Shown piece by piece: positions 56,681 to 64,000 of a stretch of 64,000 nucleotides of DNA (positions within the stretch are counted from its first letter, which is position 1; every line of letters begins with the position of its first letter). The notes under the pieces were generated by a model that was not told the DNA's origin, did not search any database, and saw nothing but the letters and a program-made list of their open reading frames with translations. The stretch is from Chloroflexus sp. (GTDB lineage Bacteria > Chloroflexota > Chloroflexia > Chloroflexales > Chloroflexaceae). The stretch is taken from NCBI GenBank assembly GCA_036574065.1, contig JAINCM010000035.1, positions 12,754 through 76,753 of the forward strand. The letters are read 5' to 3'. The translations under genes were made by a program, and so were the position numbers.

Positions 56681-57994
56681 TTACTTCATTTGCTTGATAG
56701 CGGCCTCGATCGCTTGAGCAGCTGCTGCCAGTGCATCCGCCGGAGACTGCGCGCCAGTCCAGATAGCGACGCTGGCATCGCCCACCGGGCCCCACTGCGC
56801 CGAAGCGTAGGGCGTGTTAGCCATCGGAACCCCCCCATTGAGCGCAGCGCCAAAACCAGCCAGGGTCGGCAGCGCAGCCACTTCCGGATTCTTCAGGGCC
56901 GCAGTTGCTGCTGGCACTGTCTTGTTGGTCAGCGCCAACTTGGCCTGCACCTCAGCGCTAGTGAAGTACTTCATAATGTCGAGCGCTACTTCGGCGTTGC
57001 CACGATCAACGGCATTGCGGGTTAGCATGAGGGTCTTGATGCCAACGAACGGCTTACCCAGCGGTAGGATGCCGTAATCAACACCATCTTGCTCGATACC
57101 GGCAATGGCCCACGGGCCCGTCCACCACATGGCTGCCTTACCTTCGGCCAGCGCCGCCTTGCAGATGTCGTAGCTCTGCTCGCTAAACGACACTTTGCTC
57201 ATCTCAGCCAGCCACTCGCCGCCTTTGATCATCTCGGGTGTGTTGACGTAGACATTGCCCTCATCGTCAACATAGCTCGGTACACCGTAGCCGAAGTAGA
57301 TCGGAGCCACGTGATAGGCATCGCTACCACCGAAGCCCTGGTTGCAGACCAGTGTCTTGTCGGGGTTGGCGGCACGGTATTCTTTAGCCATCTGCAACAG
57401 CTCATCGAGCGAGGTGGGCAACTTCATATCACCCAGCACCTTCTTGTTGTAGATCAGCGCGATCCCTTCCTGGGTCTCTGGCAATGCCCAGATCTTGTTT
57501 TGCCAGATCACGCCATTAACAGCCGCCGGCTCATAGGTGCTGCGCAGAAATTCTTCGGTGATCCCGTAATCGTTGAGCGCCACAATATTACCAACCAGGG
57601 CCTGCTGGCCAATCTGGTCGTTCGCCCAACCAATAATATCGGGGCCTTCGCCAGCCGGGATAGCAACATTCAATGCATTGCTGACATCCTCGGGCTTCGA
57701 CAGGTCAATCTTTACATTGGGATGAGCGGCTTCGTAATCGCGGAAGGCCTGCTCAATGGCAGTGAGGTATGCACCATCCCATTGGTGCCAGATCTTGATG
57801 GTGACCGGCTGTGCAGCAGGTGCAGTTGTGGGTTGCGCTGCAGGTGCAGTCGTGGGTTGCGCGGCAGGTGCAGTCGTGGGTTGCGCTGCAGGTGCAGTCG
57901 TGGGTTGCGCCGTTGGCTGTGCTGAACCGCATGCGGCCAGCAACATGGCGGCAGCGAGGAACAGTGCGGTCAAAACGTGCTTCATTGCTTTCAC
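56681..57994 (-). CDS. Sugar ABC substrate-binding lipoprotein (MalE/GanS/CycB-like)
   Basis: AAGGAG then GTG 57994, lipobox LAAC, GEGPDII, ALIYNK, KPFVGIK. Confidence 0.92.
   Translation of the reverse strand: MKAMKHVLTALFLAAAMLLAACGSAQPTAQPTTAPAAQPTTAPAAQPTTAPAAQPTTAPAAQPVTIKIWHQWDGAYLTAIEQAFRDYEAAHPNVKIDLSKPEDVSNALNVAIPAGEGPDIIGWANDQIGQQALVGNIVALNDYGITEEFLRSTYEPAAVNGVIWQNKIWALPETQEGIALIYNKKVLGDMKLPTSLDELLQMAKEYRAANPDKTLVCNQGFGGSDAYHVAPIYFGYGVPSYVDDEGNVYVNTPEMIKGGEWLAEMSKVSFSEQSYDICKAALAEGKAAMWWTGPWAIAGIEQDGVDYGILPLGKPFVGIKTLMLTRNAVDRGNAEVALDIMKYFTSAEVQAKLALTNKTVPAATAALKNPEVAALPTLAGFGAALNGGVPMANTPYASAQWGPVGDASVAIWTGAQSPADALAAAAQAIEAAIKQMK
57816..57911 (-). repeat. Four 24-bp tandem coding repeats (AQPTTAPA)4
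   Basis: GCAGGTGCAGT(T/C)GTGGGTTGCGC(T/G/C) x4 on the + strand. Confidence 0.95.
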
Positions 57995-58293
57995 AGTTGT
58001 ACTCCTTCGACTGAGTCGTCTCCGACTACAGCACTACACGGACATTTGTGACATGATTGAGATCAGCGGGGACATCGTATTGCGTCTAGCTCGGATACAA
58101 CGCCTCCTTTCTTACCACGCCTGTCACCTGTATTGGCTACAATGAGACGAGCGCTTTGCGCATCGAGGGTTATTTACGGCACGCTGCAGTCATGGCAGCA
58201 GCACCTGGGAGACATCTGTACATGCTCGCATCGATTGCGCCAACCAAAATAGTTGTGACAGGCATTGTTTTACTTACAACCTTTTCAATCACA

Positions 58294-58323
58294 ACTATAC
58301 CACCGACAGGACAGTCCTGTCAA
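58294..58323 (-). promoter_or_regulatory. Sigma70 promoter of the sugar ABC operon with an embedded 17-bp palindromic operator
   Basis: TTGACA-N18-TATAGT with extended TG. GACAGGAC-N-GTCCTGTC (58305-58321) overlaps the -35 and the spacer. Confidence 0.7.
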
Positions 58324-58503
58324 GTGGTCATGAGCAATTATACTGTAGAACGTTGATCGGTGAAGAAGAGAGGAAGATGTTGGCGAGACATAAAGAACTG
58401 TGGATTTTGTCGATCGCAAGGTCTTTGTCTATACGATCATCCACTATTTGTTAGGGTCATAAGGGGTACTACTGACGACGATTGCCTACGCCTCTCATTC
58501 GCC

Positions 58504-58539
58504 GTATCCCACCTACCATCGCTCTGGTAGGTGGGATAC
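58504..58539 (-). terminator. Strong hairpin after the glycosidase gene
   Basis: GTATCCCACCTACCA-N6-TGGTAGGTGGGATAC, perfect 15-bp stem about 20 nt past the stop. Confidence 0.8.
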
Positions 58540-58560
58540 CATAAATACAAGCTGGGTCGT

Positions 58561-61248
58561 CTACTGCCCATACCGCCAGCGCAGGTAGTGCTGACCAACA
58601 TTTCCCATCTCAACCCGCCAATTCGGATCGTTATCTGGTGTGTAAGTCAGCACCCGTCGCTCAAAGGCTTGTATCAGCACGTCTTTCTCAACACCACCAA
58701 CTTTGACACGCGCCCAGTAGGGTTCACTAATCGGCAAGCCCATCACAAAGAGCCAGTCGATTATCTGGCGGTTTACGTAGCGCCCACCTTCGAATACCAC
58801 TCCCTGTTGCGCGAAGTAATCGAGAAAGACCTGCGGAATGTTGTGACCAAGTGTCGCCTCATACTGACCAATCCGCACGTTGTAGGCGGCCAGATCAGGC
58901 CGTTCAACAACGGAGCCATCTCGATTCAAGAATGCAGTCACCACCTGAGCGGTTCGATCTGGTGCTCGATTGGGATTAACCGGATAAGCGACGCTGCGTA
59001 GCGTAGCGTAGGTCGGCGCATTGGGATTGACGTTGGCCGGATCACCGGCTACGGCTTCATTCGCTGGAGTGCGATCTTCGAACTGGGCATCGCCGAGTTG
59101 CAACCGACCCGTCATCATTTCGACTACCAGCAGACCGTTAGTCACATACCACTGATCACGGGGTGCATCGGGGTTATTGATCTCCATCCGGCTCTTGTCG
59201 AAGTACTGCACCAACCGACTACCGCCAGGGCTTTGCACATATGGCTCACGCATTGCACCACTGATTGGTTGGGGTCCCCAGATCCACGATCGTGGTCGGA
59301 GACCAGGGGCACCACTTGCCACTGGCTGATCGGTTCGCTGCCAGACGTTGCGCATAGCGGCGTCGGCAAAGGAACCATCGGGCGGGACAAAACCACTGCC
59401 GCTAGCTGGAGGTGGCGGAACCGATGAAGGTGGGGGCGTTGTTGGCACTGTAGCCGGCTGGTAGATTAGATAAATCGGACGCGGCCCAACGTTGAGCGTG
59501 AGTACACCGCCTGACGCTGCCTGGCGTCGCTCGGCACCGTCACGGTCAACAATTGTTACTTCACCATCGACACCAGGGATCCGTACCTCACCACTATTCA
59601 CCGCCCATACCACTTCAACGACACCCCGATCGGCAGCAAAGCGGGCAGCGTATGCTTCAGGACCGCTGAATCCAGTCAGATCATCAATGTACAGCACTCC
59701 TTCACCAGTGCGACTATCGGGGTCATCGTCAATAACCAGCGCCTGCAAGGCGATATCACCATCAAGCCTGCCGTTAACGAAACGGATCCAATTGCCCGGC
59801 TCAACCTCGCCATTGATCGACACCACCAGCTGCTGCCAACCGGGAGGCCCTATCTTGCCGAGACGATATTGCAAAATCTCACCCTGGCTATCACGTAGTT
59901 GCACCTTGATATCAAAGCTGCTACCGTCTCCGTAGACCCAAATACCAATCTGAGTTGTTCCTGCCGGGAAAGTGATCGTCTCCCGCGGCGTGAAACTGAC
60001 GTAATCGTTACCGCTGGTTGTAAACCGATAACGTACCTCAGCGGCACCACTACCGCTGCGTACCTGGGCCCTGCTCTGCGCGATCGAGCCATTGCCAGTG
60101 GGAAAGATCTGCCAACTGAGAGCTCGTTCAAAATCGAAAGCCGTACGCTCATCACTGAGGCGACGTAGTCCGAGCGGTTGTCGGCCACCAACTTGCTGGT
60201 TAAGCGTGCGGAAGGCGTTGAAAGCTGGCTTGAACTGGGTGTAATCCTCTTGCCCGCTACCATAGTGAAGCAGGCCGTAGCTGTTGAACGGAACACCGTT
60301 ATTCAGTTGCATGTCTTTGAAGCGGAACATTATCACCCGTTCCACTCCGGCCTGTCGTAAGAGTGCCATTGCACGCACGAGATAGTTAGCCTGCGTTTCA
60401 AGGTCGACCACCTGATTGCCAGTGCGGTCACTGGGCGTATGAGACCAGCCAAACTCGGTAACCCAAATCGGTTTTGGGCCAAGCCGGGCCGCAAGCGTTT
60501 TGATTGCCCCGATCCCGACAGTATCGATCGATCCTTCCTCTGGTCCTTTGGGATCGGTGTAGGGATGCAGCGCAATCACATCAAACGAGCCCCAGGCCCC
60601 GTTATCAGCGATCGCTTGTAAGAATGAACCAGCTGGTTCGGGTGATACGATACCGGCAGCCAATACGATGGCGTTGGGGTCAGCCTGCTTGATGGCTGGA
60701 TAGACTGCGCGCAACAACGCAGCATATGCGGCCGGATCGGGCGCTGGGCGCCAATAGGTAGCGTTGTCAGGTTCGTTCCATATTTGCCAGTAGCGCACGC
60801 GATCTTTGTAACGATTGACCACCGTCGCCGCGAAACGAGCAAATAGTTGCGGATCAGGCGGGTAGAAACTCCCCAGCTCAGGCGGAATAGTATCATCCGC
60901 AGGATCAGGTGTTGCCCAACCAACTGCTGGATTCAGCAGGCCAAGAATATTGATCCCGCGCTGAACCAGCTCATTCACCGCCCGATCGGTGAACGTCCAA
61001 TCAAATTGACCAGGACGAGGTTCGATTCGTCCCCATTGAAACTCCTCTCGTGCCCAACCTAGACCACTCTGGGCAATCACATCAGCTGGTCGGTTAAGCG
61101 AATTGGGAAAAGGGTACGTCGTTGCGATATGAGTATTAGCGCCGAACACCGACGAACTGACTGACTGCGCTGTTGAGAGGCTGACTGGCCAGCTAGCTAA
61201 AACCATCCCAATCAGTAGGATGAGGCCAAGATGACGGACGAGACGCAT
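58561..61248 (-). CDS. Secreted multidomain clan GH-A glycoside hydrolase (GH5/GH39-like) with a CBM-like insert, Pro linker and Chloroflexota-type C-terminal domain
   Basis: GGAAAGG then ATG 61248, signal peptide, WQIWNEPD (acid/base) and IWVTEFG (nucleophile), GIWVYGDGS..YIDDL jelly-roll, TTPPPSSVPPPP, then RSWIWGPQP, YFDKSRME, FERRVLTY, MGNVGQHY. Confidence 0.85.
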   Translation of the reverse strand: MRLVRHLGLILLIGMVLASWPVSLSTAQSVSSSVFGANTHIATTYPFPNSLNRPADVIAQSGLGWAREEFQWGRIEPRPGQFDWTFTDRAVNELVQRGINILGLLNPAVGWATPDPADDTIPPELGSFYPPDPQLFARFAATVVNRYKDRVRYWQIWNEPDNATYWRPAPDPAAYAALLRAVYPAIKQADPNAIVLAAGIVSPEPAGSFLQAIADNGAWGSFDVIALHPYTDPKGPEEGSIDTVGIGAIKTLAARLGPKPIWVTEFGWSHTPSDRTGNQVVDLETQANYLVRAMALLRQAGVERVIMFRFKDMQLNNGVPFNSYGLLHYGSGQEDYTQFKPAFNAFRTLNQQVGGRQPLGLRRLSDERTAFDFERALSWQIFPTGNGSIAQSRAQVRSGSGAAEVRYRFTTSGNDYVSFTPRETITFPAGTTQIGIWVYGDGSSFDIKVQLRDSQGEILQYRLGKIGPPGWQQLVVSINGEVEPGNWIRFVNGRLDGDIALQALVIDDDPDSRTGEGVLYIDDLTGFSGPEAYAARFAADRGVVEVVWAVNSGEVRIPGVDGEVTIVDRDGAERRQAASGGVLTLNVGPRPIYLIYQPATVPTTPPPSSVPPPPASGSGFVPPDGSFADAAMRNVWQRTDQPVASGAPGLRPRSWIWGPQPISGAMREPYVQSPGGSRLVQYFDKSRMEINNPDAPRDQWYVTNGLLVVEMMTGRLQLGDAQFEDRTPANEAVAGDPANVNPNAPTYATLRSVAYPVNPNRAPDRTAQVVTAFLNRDGSVVERPDLAAYNVRIGQYEATLGHNIPQVFLDYFAQQGVVFEGGRYVNRQIIDWLFVMGLPISEPYWARVKVGGVEKDVLIQAFERRVLTYTPDNDPNWRVEMGNVGQHYLRWRYGQ

Positions 61249-61403
61249 ACTACGAATTTTCCTTTCCAACAAGAAGGCCAACGGACAATAATAGCATACC
61301 AACATGCGCAAAAAAAATAGTGTAACGATTCTGCAAAATTTTAGCCGGCAGGCCTGAGAGCACAGCCGGCGCTAGAGGTATGGCGGTGAATAAGGTACTA
61401 TAT

Positions 61404-62975
61404 CTATCTGATTACTAATGGGATCATCACTTGCTGGCTCATAGACGATGAGCCTTCAATCGGTAGCACATATGCCAATGACGGCAGTCCAGCACGATCG
61501 ATGAAGCGCACATATATGATCGAAGGTGTAGCAACGCTCAGCACCGGTGCACTATCTAGTGCTAGGGTAATCTCGGGCGCATACGCTACACGTAAAGCAT
61601 TGGTAAATGTACGTTGGGCACTTAACTCGACCAACTGCGTGTCTGACGGCGCCTGCAAGCGGATAACGAGCGTTTGTTGCTCGAGGCGGGCTGCTGTCAA
61701 GAGGCGGTATTCAGGCGCTGCTCCCAGGCCATTGACGGATACCGCGTGGGTCACGATATCTGAACTGTTACCCACTGCATTTAGGGCGCGGAATTCAACC
61801 TCGTAGTCGCCATCGTACAGCGGTAGTTCGATCTGAGCGGTTTCACGCACCCTATCAAATATGCCATCATTCGGCAGAGCCAGCTGCCAGTCGTTCCCAG
61901 CCACCCGATATTCAATTGCCGTGATCGGATTGATGCTGGTGTCAGGTTGAATTGGCGACGGATACGGCTGATCGTACACAACCAGCTCAACCAGCGGGCG
62001 ACCATTGGGTGATTGAAGTGTATTAGCGATAGTAACGAGCGGGGTAGTATCTAACACGTCAATAATGCCATCTCCGTCACTATCGCGATAGCCAAGCTGC
62101 ATACGGGCCGAGCTATCAACGGCACCGATGATGAAACTATTGATAAGTTCACGCATAATGCTCGGCTCGTTTGTGCCGCAGTTATTAAACATGCTGTTCG
62201 TCGTCGGTGTATATAGATAGCCACTACGCCGGTCGCAACTGACTCCAGCGGCGCTGTACTGATCAAGTGCACCGAAGAGATGAGCAAATTCGTGCGCGAT
62301 CACGGCCCGTAGCCACTGGGTGCCATACGGGCCCCCATCAGAAGTGATGACACTAAACGGACCATTAAGGTAGGCATAGGCGAAACGACCGTCAGCAAAG
62401 AAGCCATCGTCCTGAGTGCTATTGACAATAAAGATAGTAGTTGCCCAGTCGGCACTGCGGCGATCACGAAGATCGAACGCAGCCATGTATGCTTGCTCGT
62501 AATAGTTGGTGCTAGTATAGCCTAACCGCTGCAACACATCACTGATCCACAGCCCTTCCTGATCCAGACCGTAGCGGATTGGCTCGTAGCGAGTTGGCAC
62601 AACTTGCACAGTTAGGTCAAATGAAAGCCGGGCGGCAGGTAATCGCTCGCGCCACCAGTCAAGCGCTGCCTGGGTTTGTGCCGTCACCTGCTCGATTAAA
62701 GCGTCTGTCCAATCTTCGATTGAGCGATCGTACTCTCCAGTGCTTTCCGGCAATACTAAGCGCACCGCGACCCGCCCAGCCAGGTACTGACTGGGCAGAC
62801 GAATATCTTGATCAGCATCAACAGTAAAGGCCAACGTGGTTGGCAGTGGCGCAATTAAGACATCATCGGATGGCAAGGGCAGGTTTGGTTCCGCAACCGG
62901 ATCGGCGCGAAGGAGGGGAGTCGGCACTGATAGCAGGAGGAGCAGCAGGCTGAGAAGTAGCAGTCTAGTTCGCAT
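61404..62975 (-). CDS. Secreted zincin-like metallopeptidase with a Ca-binding motif and C-terminal ..IPLVIR motif
   Basis: Signal peptide, AHEFAHLFGALDQY, downstream Met-turn-like SIM, DSDGDGIIDVLD, ends VMIPLVIR. Confidence 0.75.
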   Translation of the reverse strand: MRTRLLLLSLLLLLLSVPTPLLRADPVAEPNLPLPSDDVLIAPLPTTLAFTVDADQDIRLPSQYLAGRVAVRLVLPESTGEYDRSIEDWTDALIEQVTAQTQAALDWWRERLPAARLSFDLTVQVVPTRYEPIRYGLDQEGLWISDVLQRLGYTSTNYYEQAYMAAFDLRDRRSADWATTIFIVNSTQDDGFFADGRFAYAYLNGPFSVITSDGGPYGTQWLRAVIAHEFAHLFGALDQYSAAGVSCDRRSGYLYTPTTNSMFNNCGTNEPSIMRELINSFIIGAVDSSARMQLGYRDSDGDGIIDVLDTTPLVTIANTLQSPNGRPLVELVVYDQPYPSPIQPDTSINPITAIEYRVAGNDWQLALPNDGIFDRVRETAQIELPLYDGDYEVEFRALNAVGNSSDIVTHAVSVNGLGAAPEYRLLTAARLEQQTLVIRLQAPSDTQLVELSAQRTFTNALRVAYAPEITLALDSAPVLSVATPSIIYVRFIDRAGLPSLAYVLPIEGSSSMSQQVMIPLVIR

Positions 62976-63343
62976 CGCGGCCTCGCTCGGTAGTTATGTA
63001 AGCGGATGGCAAAGCCGTCTCCTGCTTCAACTCTAGCTGATGCGAATGCCTGTGCCGAGAGGCGAAAGAGTCCCGTTATAGCGCAACAGGAAGAACCAAG
63101 CCGACACGACAGAAAGTAGGAGAAATGTACTAGACAGCTTGAAGAGAAGCGTGTGTTATGCGGACGCCAATCGCACCTTTCTTCTCATTGATTTGGATCG
63201 GAGCTCAACAGGGGGCCTGATTCAGAACAGAGGACCTCATACAAGAAGTGGTTAAGAAGCACTCGATTGAGAGTAGCAAATTGCAATTGTGCCGTGTATT
63301 ATAGATAGTGAAAAAAGGCGACTAAGTTTGTCATAGGTAATCT

Positions 63344-64000
63344 ATGCAACCATGGTTCAACTGGTTGATCCAGGTGCGCAGTAGTGACGAAGATGCCATT
63401 CGCCGCGGCCAAACTACCGTTATTCTCGCACTCATTATGATCACGCTGGCCATTCTGGCCATCCCGATCAGTTTCCTCACTAACAGCGGCTGGGGAGGAC
63501 TAATAGCGATCGCTAGTGACATTATCGCCTACACTATTGCCATCGCCGTAACGCGAGCCGGTGCTGTCAATCTAGGCGGACTCATTCTGATTAGCTTCAT
63601 TATCTTGCCCACGCTCGTGCCTGTCGTTGTAAATACCTCAGCCACCAGCCACCAAACTTCCCTCTTTTACCTCACTCTATCCATATTGGTAGCTGGGTTG
63701 ACTGTCAGTCCGCCGCTTATCTGGTTGATTTTGGCGATCAATCTAGCTGGTGGCATGATTGCCCGTCAAATCGGCGGTGTGCCCCTATTTGCCATTGAAG
63801 TAAGCACCGCGTTCGATGCGGCAGCGCTCTTCTTACAATTCAGCGCTGCGCTCTTCACCTTCATCAGCAGCAGAATCTTTGATCGCACGCTAAAGGAATC
63901 ACGCCAACTTCGTGAGCAAGCCCGGCAAAGTGCACTCCAGCTAGCAAAACTCAACGAACAGCTTGAACAACAGGTGCTCCAGCGCACGGCAGCACTCCAG
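63344..64000 (+). CDS. Multi-TM membrane sensor protein, 3'-truncated (N-terminus of an RsbR/STAS- or kinase-type signalling protein)
   Basis: Open frame of 219 codons MQPWFNWLIQVRSSDEDAIRRG.., about 6 TM helices, then a coiled coil ..LNEQLEQQVLQRTAALQ. Absent from the ORF track because it has no stop. Confidence 0.75.
   Translation, partial: MQPWFNWLIQVRSSDEDAIRRGQTTVILALIMITLAILAIPISFLTNSGWGGLIAIASDIIAYTIAIAVTRAGAVNLGGLILISFIILPTLVPVVVNTSATSHQTSLFYLTLSILVAGLTVSPPLIWLILAINLAGGMIARQIGGVPLFAIEVSTAFDAAALFLQFSAALFTFISSRIFDRTLKESRQLREQARQSALQLAKLNEQLEQQVLQRTAALQ

Noticed and set aside
62995-63080. GGCAAAGCC and CGAAAGAGT resembling a c-di-GMP-I riboswitch
   Set aside because: The motifs are in the wrong order and the P1/P2/P3 pairing cannot be built.
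184-63987. Numerous 60-280 aa ORFs antisense to or overlapping the called genes (e.g. 184-879, 47248-47826, 57089-57925, 58531-59001)
   Set aside because: These are shadow ORFs typical of GC-rich coding DNA, with no motifs or RBS, and they fully overlap well-supported genes.
1-64000. Mobile elements, prophage, defence systems, tRNA and rRNA
   Set aside because: No transposase, integrase, phage structural gene, nuclease or RNA-gene signature was recognised. The HTH-like fragment at 32.4-32.55 kb is isolated.

Overview
GC-rich (roughly mid-50s %, judged by eye) chromosomal window that reads as Chloroflexus-like Chloroflexota. This is inferred from P/T/A-repeat lipoprotein linkers, a C-terminal ..IPLVIR motif, a WGP/YFDKSRME-type C-terminal domain, cofE and many extended -10 promoters. 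It is mostly housekeeping and catabolic genes, with no rRNA, tRNA, CRISPR array, integrase or transposase recognised. In order: partial RND pump, long MFP, TetR; FAD oxidoreductase; ABC-2 pair; an mtnP-cofE-nitroreductase (split FbiB) F420 operon; a MalT-like STAND/BTAD regulator ahead of an 11-gene acyl-CoA ligase/hydrolase/MaoC/crotonase/Liv-type ABC cluster; a GHMP (HddA-like) kinase; an HDAC-family amidohydrolase and CAAX protease; a complete mmdA-D-C-B Na+-translocating carboxyl-CoA decarboxylase; a 2 kb decay zone holding two unannotated pseudogenes (a membrane/HTH gene coupled to a small RTX protein, and an SDR-type threonine dehydrogenase ahead of an intact kbl); tandem HPT-like and MenA-like prenyltransferases; a Tat cyclase with OsmC; a hybrid histidine kinase; MFS; a phhB-hydrolase-ACAD-phosphatase-ppc-sua5 run; a sugar ABC operon carrying a GT-C/beta-propeller fusion and an esterase, with a palindromic operator in its promoter; a multidomain secreted clan GH-A glycosidase; a secreted zincin; and a partial membrane sensor at the right edge. 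All family calls come from motif recognition by eye, not from database searches. Several starts are moved downstream of the ORF-track starts using RBS evidence.
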